Virus record (IMG/VR): IMGVR_UViG_3300034117_002447
Coordinates: 207,291 to 271,290 of that record
Strand: one strand, 5' to 3'
Length of the DNA stretch: 64,000 bases
Within the stretch, counting starts at the first letter, position 1. Every line of letters begins with the position of its first letter. Both the position numbers and the translations under genes were made by a program. Shown piece by piece: positions 10,553-20,200 of the stretch. Under the pieces are notes generated by a model, which worked only from the letters and a program-made list of their open reading frames with translations, made no database searches and was not told the DNA's origin.

Positions 10553-11905
10553 TTATTTTATTGGATTTTTACTGCCTTTTGCTGTACCTGAAAGAACTTC
10601 TGTTTTACTATCAACTTCTGCATCTAGTGCAATAATACCTGATCTAACGATACACTCATTTAGATTAGCATAGATGACACTTTCTGGAGAACTTTTGATA
10701 TAACTAAGGTCTATTCGATTAACGCTACCTTTTTCAAACATACACTCGTCTAGGTGACAGTATCGGATATCGTTTCCGGTTAGGATTCGACATTCGGTTA
10801 TATGTGATGATCTTACTTTGCAGCCATAAAGCATACAGTCTGTAATCTCTGCCTCAATTGAGCAATTTATCAAGTCAAGCCCTTTAATTCCAAATCCTTC
10901 CTTTAACGAAGAATCTTTTAATTGAACTCTCTCCGTATCAGTATCATAGTTAATAGAACCTTTAGTCATTTGGCCAAAAGTAATTAAGTCAAATAGGCTA
11001 TCTCTAACCTTTAGGTAATTTGCTTCAAGAATACGAGGGTCATCTTTTAAGTCAACGTAAAGATCGATATTTGGAAAATTCTTAGTGAAATTTTCGTATG
11101 ACTTTAGAGCAAGAGTGTTATCTCTTTGTTTTTTCAAAACATCGTGAACTTTTTTCTGTTCATCAATTGAGTATTGGTAATTAGATTGAAGCGTGTTGTA
11201 CAGAGACTCGGCTATGTAGTTAACTAAGTTAGTTGCACTAGATCTCTTATTTTGATAGTCGGCTCCACCTGCGTATCTAACTTCAACGTAACCGTCTTTT
11301 AACTTATCGAAATTAATTCCAAAGTATTTAGATTGAGGGTAATTAAATTCAAGTGGACTGCTGGGTTTTGAATAGGCGATTGACGTCTCAGCTAGGAACT
11401 TATTTTTAGGGTAAATATTTGTTACTGGATTCTTGTAAATCTTTTGAATTCTAGATTTAGCAGAAGGCCACATGTCAAAGATTTTCTCCTCATTTAGTCC
11501 AAGAATGTACTTAAAAACATTTAGATTCTGAAGACGCTCTCTTAAACCAAGATCAAATTCATTTAGTGACATATTAATATGCAGTCCAGTACGTTCGGTC
11601 GTGAATCCATTTTCATCGATAAAATTCATAACTTTATACATAACGTGAATTGCTTCATTATATGGCATTACTCCAGTAATAAGCTCATTCATTTTAAATC
11701 CGCCTGAAAAATCTGGCTCTAATTTGAATTCTGAGTAACTTACGGCAATATCTGAATTGTATTCGTTTGTGCTGATTACTTTTTTGCCAAGTAATACTTC
11801 CAATTTTTCAGCAAGCTCAGCCCTACCGATTGGAGAAAAGAATTCAAATTCGAATCCAATATTTACGTTGTCAAAAAGACGTTGTTGATTTAGATCTTTA
11901 TACAT
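10553..11905 (-). CDS. Putative amidoligase (Amidoligase_2 / COOH-NH2 ligase type) with a C-terminal beta-solenoid-like region
   Basis: GFEFEF, ELITG, TGLHIN, KYFGINF and VEVRYAGG match the glutamine-synthetase-like amidoligase 2 pattern. The C-terminal ~110 aa have Cys/Ile-rich short repeats. Confidence 0.75.
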   Translation of the reverse strand: MYKDLNQQRLFDNVNIGFEFEFFSPIGRAELAEKLEVLLGKKVISTNEYNSDIAVSYSEFKLEPDFSGGFKMNELITGVMPYNEAIHVMYKVMNFIDENGFTTERTGLHINMSLNEFDLGLRERLQNLNVFKYILGLNEEKIFDMWPSAKSRIQKIYKNPVTNIYPKNKFLAETSIAYSKPSSPLEFNYPQSKYFGINFDKLKDGYVEVRYAGGADYQNKRSSATNLVNYIAESLYNTLQSNYQYSIDEQKKVHDVLKKQRDNTLALKSYENFTKNFPNIDLYVDLKDDPRILEANYLKVRDSLFDLITFGQMTKGSINYDTDTERVQLKDSSLKEGFGIKGLDLINCSIEAEITDCMLYGCKVRSSHITECRILTGNDIRYCHLDECMFEKGSVNRIDLSYIKSSPESVIYANLNECIVRSGIIALDAEVDSKTEVLSGTAKGSKNPIK

Positions 11906-11910
11906 AATTG

Positions 11911-13983
11911 TTATTTGTTTATTGCAATGAATGGTACATTTAGTCGAGGTCGAGCATTATCAATTATAGCTAGAGTAGATTCGTCTCTAACGAATAGCTG
12001 ACTCACTATAAATTCGTGATCCTCTGACTGAACCATTGTATTAAATAGTCTAACATTTGCAATTGAATAATTAGCAGAAGGTAGAGCCCAATTTTGAGTA
12101 GTTACAAAGCTAAATGTTCCAGGTTTAGCTGAGCCGTTAAATACTAAGTCAAGTCGATTGTAGTTTTTAATATTCGCTGGGTCCTGATTAAATTCATATA
12201 CGTTAACTTCAAGCTGGCCGTATTGAGCGGATACTGGAACGATTATTGAATACCATTCATCGTATAACAATTCGCCAACAGTAAATGAGTATTGACTGCT
12301 ATTAATTCTTACGTGAATCGTTACGCTAGGTAATCCAGAAACGTCAGTTATTCCACAGGAGATGACTAAGCCTTTACTATTGATGTTATCATATCCATCA
12401 AATATTCGGATGGTCTGTGATCCTGCATTGAATTTAACTAGCGCGCTAAATGTCATATTTGGAGTAACTTCAGTTGAGGCAACTGCTTTATAGACAACTG
12501 CATGCTCGGATTGCTTGAATTGAAATTTGCCAACAAAACTTTGGGTTAAATCTTGAAATCTAGAGGTTAGGCTCAGGTCTCGATAACCTTCAACTACCAC
12601 ATATTTGCCTAAGTGATCAAGGAAAGAATCTTTGGGCCCATTCATTTTAACTGAGACTAATTTACCAGTAGAATCTAGGTAACTGTCTCCAGTATTTAAT
12701 TGGTTATTCAGCCATGCACTGTAAATTGAACTGCTTTCGTATGCCCAAATTTCGTAAGGTTTTGCAGTAGTTTTTAGGTACTGATCTTCCTTTGTGTTTG
12801 AGGTAGTAGTTATGTAATTTTGCAAGACTGGTTTAACTGCACTCATATCGTAATAGTACTCGATTAATGGAGCATAGTTAAAAGTTTTATCCAAAATTTT
12901 ATTATCAAGATCTGGGTGTAGTGATCTACGAGTCTCATCGAATTTGTGCGAAATCGTTTTAAACTGTTGTTTATCCAGAGCATCATTTGTCTGAACTTCA
13001 GCTTGTACACCGAATAGTTCATCGCTTGTCATAATAATATTGTCAAGGAATATTCGATCAGGCTCTTTCATTAGCATATCGATATTTGGATGAAATTTAG
13101 TTAATTGAATTTTCCAGTAAAGAGGCTCCATCATGAATCCTCTAAACAGATAAGATCCTTGAATTTCGTACATTCGATTGGTTAATGGAAAGTACATGTA
13201 ATCTCTTTTACGAGGTTGTGTGTTTGGTCCAAAAATAGACTGAAAGTAGATATTATCGATATGAATCTCAAATGGTATTTCAAAATCTACACCAAACTCA
13301 GTAAAGTTAGGTTTATTATCTGGGAATACATTATTTGGAACTACTACTTTAACACATTTTCGATCCAGTGTTTTAAATAGAGTCCACTCTTTAAATATAA
13401 AATCTCCGCCATCTCTATCCGGCTCAGTTTTAAAGTAAACTACTTCATGGCCAAACAATTTATTTGTTTGTAGGCTCAATTCCTTAGAGATTCCGATCGC
13501 ACTTCCAACTTCATAAGGTTTAAATGAAGCTTCTCTCTCAGCGATTAGAGCTGGACAGCGTTCAGCTGAACAGTAAACGGTCGGTGTGTATAGAGTTACA
13601 TCAATGTGAGTGCTTTGAACTCTAAATTTAATATTGTTAACGATTAATGGAGAGGTAAGCGCATCGTAATTAATTCCGTTATCGTATTCGTACTTGACCT
13701 CAAAGAAGACGTCGCTATTTGCAAAGTCTAGCACGTTAATTTCAGAAAGATCGTCTGGGCTAAAGGAATACCAAAGTGACCAGTTTCCACGGTTTAACGA
13801 ATATCTAAATTTACGATTAATATTAGTAGAGACCGCTGTTCCAAGCTCAAGCGATTCATCGAATCCCACGATTTTCACAGCCCCAGGTAAAGGTTCGCCA
13901 GTAGAAAATATTCTATAATTTTTACTGTACGCAACCGAGTTCTTATCAGGTTCCGGAATTATCTTGTAGGTGACTACTTGCAT
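11911..13983 (-). CDS. Neck / head-closure protein (T4 gp14-like) with extra N- and C-terminal (LamG-like) domains
   Basis: FGHEVVYF...FEIHI...PRKRDYMYFPLTNRMYEI resembles the gp14 GDLIYFPMDNSLFEI motif. The C-terminal beta-sandwich-like part ends IANVRLFN. Confidence 0.6.
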   Translation of the reverse strand: MQVVTYKIIPEPDKNSVAYSKNYRIFSTGEPLPGAVKIVGFDESLELGTAVSTNINRKFRYSLNRGNWSLWYSFSPDDLSEINVLDFANSDVFFEVKYEYDNGINYDALTSPLIVNNIKFRVQSTHIDVTLYTPTVYCSAERCPALIAEREASFKPYEVGSAIGISKELSLQTNKLFGHEVVYFKTEPDRDGGDFIFKEWTLFKTLDRKCVKVVVPNNVFPDNKPNFTEFGVDFEIPFEIHIDNIYFQSIFGPNTQPRKRDYMYFPLTNRMYEIQGSYLFRGFMMEPLYWKIQLTKFHPNIDMLMKEPDRIFLDNIIMTSDELFGVQAEVQTNDALDKQQFKTISHKFDETRRSLHPDLDNKILDKTFNYAPLIEYYYDMSAVKPVLQNYITTTSNTKEDQYLKTTAKPYEIWAYESSSIYSAWLNNQLNTGDSYLDSTGKLVSVKMNGPKDSFLDHLGKYVVVEGYRDLSLTSRFQDLTQSFVGKFQFKQSEHAVVYKAVASTEVTPNMTFSALVKFNAGSQTIRIFDGYDNINSKGLVISCGITDVSGLPSVTIHVRINSSQYSFTVGELLYDEWYSIIVPVSAQYGQLEVNVYEFNQDPANIKNYNRLDLVFNGSAKPGTFSFVTTQNWALPSANYSIANVRLFNTMVQSEDHEFIVSQLFVRDESTLAIIDNARPRLNVPFIAINK

Positions 13984-14000
13984 TAATTTTGTCTTTTTGT

Positions 14001-14008
14001 TATTTATC
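14001..14008 (-). promoter_or_regulatory. T4-like late promoter (GATAAATA)
   Basis: Upstream of the neck and amidoligase unit. Confidence 0.65.
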
Positions 14009-14033
14009 GCAGAGTATTACGGTTTTAGACTAA

Positions 14034-14041
14034 AATAAATA
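14034..14041 (+). promoter_or_regulatory. T4-like late promoter (AATAAATA), divergent
   Basis: Upstream of 14063; back-to-back with the 14001 box. Confidence 0.55.
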
Positions 14042-14062
14042 ATAAGAAAATCGGGGTTACAC

Positions 14063-14854
14063 ATGAAGCCTTTGAACCCGAAGCTTGTCCTAGACCCTAT
14101 GTGGCTATGCCAAGCGAATTTTGTCGATCTGGAATACTACACGTACATTCTAATGGACGCAAAACAAAAGTATCTCAATCAGCTTGAGACTGATTTCTCT
14201 AACTTTTACGAAATTGCATTTCACTACCTAAATATCAATACTATTATAGCTGATAAGAAGGTCTACGATTCACATTTAAACGCAGTTAGGGCACATCAAA
14301 ACTTAATGGTTATAGTATCTCAATTGGCCCAATCGAATGACTCTAATGGTAAGGAAATCGTTCGAATGGCGTCAGCTATTCTATCTGAGGTAATGACGGT
14401 TTACTTAAGAAAACAGATTCCTGTATTGGAGCACCTAAACTTTCATTTGACTAATACTGCTCTACATAAACAGGCTGTGATCTATATTGTATGTAAATCA
14501 GAAAAGCTTGACCGGTACGAGATTTTTAAACTAAATACTAAAAGCAATAGACCGTTAGGCTACTCAATTAGCCGAAAGGCTGTATTGCATCTTCCGGGAT
14601 TAAAGAATAATGAGTTCAAGGATAGGCTTCTGGTTGAGATGCCGACTCTCACTGATTTTCAACCGGATAAAAACGTTATTGTTGTATCTGGCACGGACCA
14701 AGTTGTAATATCGGATGGAATTTGTCTGACTAAGGACATTATTTTACTAAATAAGATAATGAACCTTAGCCATGGATTTGATGCTAATGTATTACTGGAC
14801 TATGAACGTATGCTTGATAAAAAGAAAGCTATTCCGTTTAAGCTTAAGGTTTAA
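14063..14854 (+). CDS. Hypothetical protein (263 aa), on the opposite strand within the structural module
   Basis: ATG ORF with its own AATAAATA box at 14034-14041. Overlaps the convergent gene by 4 nt. Confidence 0.8.
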   Translation: MKPLNPKLVLDPMWLCQANFVDLEYYTYILMDAKQKYLNQLETDFSNFYEIAFHYLNINTIIADKKVYDSHLNAVRAHQNLMVIVSQLAQSNDSNGKEIVRMASAILSEVMTVYLRKQIPVLEHLNFHLTNTALHKQAVIYIVCKSEKLDRYEIFKLNTKSNRPLGYSISRKAVLHLPGLKNNEFKDRLLVEMPTLTDFQPDKNVIVVSGTDQVVISDGICLTKDIILLNKIMNLSHGFDANVLLDYERMLDKKKAIPFKLKV

Positions 14855-17205
14855 GCGGTCGCGTCATACGATCCAGAGATTCGAATAGTTACGTTACCTC
14901 CATATTCTCCGTTTGAGGTGTTTAGCGGAGCGCGAGCAGCTCGGTTAAATAGCGAAAATTGGCTTAGTCGATTAGTAACAGTTGAGCCTTCATTTGCTGG
15001 AAAAGCGTGTTGTGACTGCAGATAAATCCATCCTCTCGCGGCATCACCATTAGAAATAAGGCTTCCTAAATAATTAGAGTATGTTTGTATATACGAGATT
15101 CCAGTATAGTCAGGCTGAGGATCCGGTAAAGTAGTTATATCAGTAACGGTCACTTGTGCATTTAGATGACCGTGTGCACTTGCTGAAAATGGTAATGAAA
15201 GCCCTAACCCAGTGTATGTATAGTAGCCTGAACCTGATGTCATGTCGTCAGCTGGCCAAGAGTTGAGGTCTAGTGTATAAATTGAATTAAAATGAACGCG
15301 TCTACCTATTTTAGTGTATGTGAATGACTGAGACAGCTGAAAGCCTGAAAATGAGTTAGCCGTCGCGTATGAATGATAATTGGTTGGAAGTATGAGTTTA
15401 CCACCACTAAGAGTTTCATATCGTCCTAAGAATAGAGCATTAGTAACGGTACCCTCCTCGTAATCATCTAGCGTATTTGCATCCGCTGATGGAATTTGTG
15501 TAGCTGGAAAAGGGATTCCTTGATTAAGACGATCACCTTTGATCTTAATTGCATTATTAAGACGTAGCTCTTTAGTGGCGTCTACTGTTAATATTGCTAA
15601 GTCTGTAACCGGCGCCGCAATCGTAAATGAGTTGCCGCTAGTAGGAACGCCAGTTATTCCAGTACCTCCGTATGTAGTAACTGCGCCGGTTGAGCTAATG
15701 ACTTGAATGGGGTTTCTAAACTCAAATACTGAACTGGTACTCCCTATTTTAAAGGTAATATTATTGTTGGCTGAGTTAAAACCTGCTCCCCAATAGGCAG
15801 CAGCTGATCCGCCACCAAAACTTGCGTTTCTCTTAAAAAATAATCCATCGATTGAAATTGTACTGGCTGACTCAGTGTCCGTTAAGATTCGATAGTTCGT
15901 AAACTTCATTTCAATTGAACGACCGTCAGCTTGAAGAGCCTCAGCTCGGTTAATTTTCCAAATTTGCTCACTACTTCTTCTTGGAGCAAATGACTCAGGC
16001 GAAGCAGTTATTCCGCTCGAAGATAAGTCGTATTCCGCTCTTAGAAAATAGGTTCCAGGATTAGCTTCATTACCAAAAGAAGTTCCGTACGATAATCGAT
16101 ATTTACGCATTCGTAGATTTTCAAAACTTGGACTAATTACGTAAGATTCGCCAGCTGAGCCTGAAGTATATGAAGTGGAAAGGGCATCAATTGATCCTAA
16201 TTCTAATTGATGTCGGTATCCTTTACTTGTTGTTGCAAATTCCTTAGCCTCAGTTGCGGTTCCATTAAAATAAGAGTATAATGATAGGTTTGAAGTAGCT
16301 GGAAACATCTTCTCAGTAGAAGAAGGGTACGTTATTAATTTATGCGGAGAGGTTCCTGAACCAGTAGAAGTTAAATTTATTGGATTTGTGTTAGTAACAT
16401 CAGCGGCAGTTTCACATAATTGAATAACTGTATCGCTAATCTTAAGAACAAAATATCCATTGAAATTAGAAAGTCCGCCTATTGCAGTTCCACCTTCCGC
16501 TGAGTATGTAACAAATTGGCCATCCACTAATCCGTGATTTGACGTAAATGTAATTTCTTCAGTTGACGTATTAACCGCGGTTGCTGGAGCAAAGGTCTTA
16601 GCGGTTGACGAGTTTGCACTAATTACGATATTTGATCCATCGAATATTACAGATTTAGAGTTTAACTCATTAAAGTTATAAAGAACAGTTTGATAGTTAA
16701 CTCCTGCTCCAGGAGTTGCATAACTTGGATCAGTTGATGTTGCACTATTTGTTAAATCAGACCCAGACGATACTCTAGCTTTCAGTATTCTAGAGGTAGG
16801 AGTTAATCTTACAAATGGCGAAATATTTGAACTTAGGGCAGTTTGTACAAGAGTATTAAAATTCGCTAATTCTAACCAACCGTTTCCACCGGATACTTTC
16901 TTTAATATAGTGTCGGCTGTTATTAAAATATCGCCCAAAACCATAGCAGACGGATAGGATCCGCCAGTCGGTGCAGTTACTGGTGCAATCGCAGCAGATA
17001 ACCCATAAGTTACTGAGCCCTGCGGTCCAGTAAGTCCAATTGGCCCAATTGGACCGGCTGCTCCAGTTAAACCAGCAGGTCCAGTAGGACCAGTTTGGCC
17101 AATCCCTAATGCGATTAGCTGGTTAAAGTTGAAATTTAATTTACTAGATAAGTCAGATTGACTATCAAGTGCGGATACTTCCCTTAGATTTATAATGACT
17201 GCCAT
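14851..17205 (-). CDS. Tail fiber protein with a short GPT collagen segment (784 aa)
   Basis: GQTGPTGPAGLTGAAGPIGPIGLTGPQG, an NHGL..GQ.VTY-type fiber domain, and C-terminal LDDYEEGT...YTKIGRRVH typical of phage fiber tips. Confidence 0.75.
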   Translation of the reverse strand: MAVIINLREVSALDSQSDLSSKLNFNFNQLIALGIGQTGPTGPAGLTGAAGPIGPIGLTGPQGSVTYGLSAAIAPVTAPTGGSYPSAMVLGDILITADTILKKVSGGNGWLELANFNTLVQTALSSNISPFVRLTPTSRILKARVSSGSDLTNSATSTDPSYATPGAGVNYQTVLYNFNELNSKSVIFDGSNIVISANSSTAKTFAPATAVNTSTEEITFTSNHGLVDGQFVTYSAEGGTAIGGLSNFNGYFVLKISDTVIQLCETAADVTNTNPINLTSTGSGTSPHKLITYPSSTEKMFPATSNLSLYSYFNGTATEAKEFATTSKGYRHQLELGSIDALSTSYTSGSAGESYVISPSFENLRMRKYRLSYGTSFGNEANPGTYFLRAEYDLSSSGITASPESFAPRRSSEQIWKINRAEALQADGRSIEMKFTNYRILTDTESASTISIDGLFFKRNASFGGGSAAAYWGAGFNSANNNITFKIGSTSSVFEFRNPIQVISSTGAVTTYGGTGITGVPTSGNSFTIAAPVTDLAILTVDATKELRLNNAIKIKGDRLNQGIPFPATQIPSADANTLDDYEEGTVTNALFLGRYETLSGGKLILPTNYHSYATANSFSGFQLSQSFTYTKIGRRVHFNSIYTLDLNSWPADDMTSGSGYYTYTGLGLSLPFSASAHGHLNAQVTVTDITTLPDPQPDYTGISYIQTYSNYLGSLISNGDAARGWIYLQSQHAFPANEGSTVTNRLSQFSLFNRAARAPLNTSNGEYGGNVTIRISGSYDATA

Positions 17206-20200
17206 TAAATGAACTTAATTTTTATTTTTGGAACTAATTTAACTCCAGTATTCGGTTTTATCAAAATCGATCCTTCAATTACATTAGATTTGGTATTATT
17301 TATTCGGACTGATCGAATTAAGTCGTAACCTAAGTCTCCGAGTAAATCATACTCAACCGATTCGAATGAAACTAAGTTATTATTGATCGTTCTATCATCT
17401 AATTCATAAAATTCAAATGCTTCTACTTGATATAATTTTGTTAAGTTAGTTGAGCAATATTGAGATAAGTATTCTTCAAATGTAAGCTGATCTAGGAATA
17501 CTGGGTCTGTTGTAATTTGAGAACCGTTTGAATATTTAAAGAACTTTAAAAATTGGTCACGAAGTCCGTTATTTGATAAGTGCTTAGTTATTAAATCTGG
17601 TATATTTAATTTGAATTTAATCTCAGTTGCAAATTGAGAATACACAATATTTGCTTGAGTAGCGGACGATGCTAAAAAGTCAGTATTGTTTAATTCAATT
17701 GAAGTAAAGTCTTCCATTATGAATTGCATAGGAACATTTAATAACTTGGAAATAAATGAATAATCTTCAGTAACTCGACGTGTTCCTGGAACCTTTACGT
17801 AATCTGTTTTATTAGAGTATTCGAAATGATATCCGTAATCCCAACTCGAAGATAACATATTAAAGTCAGTTCGACTAATCGGAGTCTCTCCGATATATGG
17901 ATAAACGGATGAGTATTTTTGACTGTTTTCAAGATCAAGAATTGAAGATTTTGAGTATTTCACAAATTCATAGTCCTTTATAATAAAGAAATTATCGACG
18001 TATGGATTTAGGCAAACATTTGCTCCATGTAAAATATTATCATTTATTGAAAATTCATATTTGAATCCAGCTACAGGTTTTGTCAATACTTCATATTCGG
18101 AAGAATATCGGTTGACAGAATACTCTTGAGATGGGACTTCTGAATAAGCGAATCCAGCCACTCCATTAATTTGACCTGAGTTAACTTCAACTTGGTCAAG
18201 TTTTACAATTGTCGATTTATTAATTTGGTCAGCTTGTACAATTTCAATCGCCATTGTTTTGTATGGAGTTAATATTCCATCAGTATACGACTCCCAACTA
18301 ATAACGCCTTGACTCTTTTCAGTTAAGTTTAAAAATTTAGCGAATGATAAATTTTCAAATACTTTTTCAAAATATTTTACTCCACCGAATATTTGGAATT
18401 GATTAATGTCTTCTATCCAATATGAAGTTGTGTTATTTGGCACTGGGTTTGCTGAATATACGTATTGTACTAAATCGCCAAGCCCAGTTGGGAGTGGAAT
18501 GATTGTGTATGGTTGTCCGCTGATATTGGTGATATTAACGACATCTTGTAGAGCACCATCTACTCCATCAATCGTTAAGGCTGAATTGCCTAGTGCTGCG
18601 GTCGTTACGGATACACCGGCTGCAAGTTTAAGAAGCACGCTTTTTTCACCCGCTTTAATTATATAAAGAGGTGCAAAATCATTACTAATTCGATTTATTT
18701 CAGAATCAGCTAATGCGTCATAACTTTCTAAGCCTGGAAGTAATGATGTGCGTATTGACTCGATAACTAGAGTTGATGGATTTAAGTTAAGGCCGCTCGC
18801 GGATAAATTAACTCCCCTAGACAGTTTAATGGTGGAATATGCAGTAGCTTTAGTGTTATACTTTTTATCCTTTGCATAGTAAAGGAATGAGTGAGTTAAA
18901 TTAGAAACGCTGTTTGAGTTAAAGGATATTCGATAGTCTCCAAAAAGAGAATCCATGTAAGATACTTTATGATACACTGAGAAAGTGCTGTTTTGAGTTG
19001 GCACTGACCAGTCGGCTCTAAATAATATAGGTTCGTCATACGACGCTGATCCTAACGATCCGCTTATGTACGTTACGTCAAAATCGTATACTCCATTACT
19101 TGATGAAAGTGTGGATGGATCTACCTCGTACACAGCTTCATTGTATACGATACTTGAAATATCGCTATAAATTAAACTAAATCGAGTATTAGTTGATAAT
19201 AATTCGTCAAGTATTTCTGTTTGGTTAATACCACCACCATCATTAAACTGGAAATATCCAGTTACAGATTGAGCTGGAGTAGCTGAGGTGCTTGATAATG
19301 CAAAATGAGTAACCGTTGCCCCGATTGGATCATCGTCTGCAATAATCGTACCTACTATTCCGGAAACTTGGTTTACCCATGCATCTTCGAATACTCCCTG
19401 GATTCTAACGCCTGAGTATACTCCACTTGTTAATATAATTGGCGTAGACTGATCGACTTTTGCATAAATTCGAGTTCCTAATTTATCACCAGTAGAAATT
19501 AGTGAATTACTAACAGCCTCGTATACTGGAGACCCTAATGTTGCTAATATCGTTGACTTATTTCCATATACGACTTGTATTGTGTCGCCTGGACTTGCTG
19601 AGATGGCAGAACTTCCGGAAATTAGGTTATTGTACTCAAGCAATGACGCTGCTGTAATTTCTTGGTCAATTTGGTAATTTACCGGAGAAGACATAACTGA
19701 ACCGGTGAATAGATTAGCTTGCGTTACTTGGTCGTTTGTACCAGCTGACCAATTACTAGATAAAATAGTTTCAGGTAATAGCTCTTTATGTCCCAATACT
19801 AATTCAATAACCACAGTAATCGATTTTGAATTAGTGTTCTCAATTACTCGATATTTAACAGGTTGTCTATTAATAGTAGGATCTTCCTTAACCGGTTTTA
19901 ATATTACGCTAAACTTATAATCTTCAAATCGTAGAGTATCTGAAACAGCTGAGCCGTTTTGAGCTAACTCATAAAATCTAAACATTGCCCCTTTAAAAAG
20001 AGTCTCATACTGTTTATTAAACTGATTTTTATTAAGAATCGAATATCTATACTGAGGTCTAGCTATTTGAATTGAATTAATAACCGGCACATACGTAAAA
20101 TATTGCTCAAAGTAATTAGAATCAGAAATTAGTGAGTTTATATTTAAGTTTTCATTAAAATACGAATAATTATTTCTAATTGATTTAATATCATCTGAGT

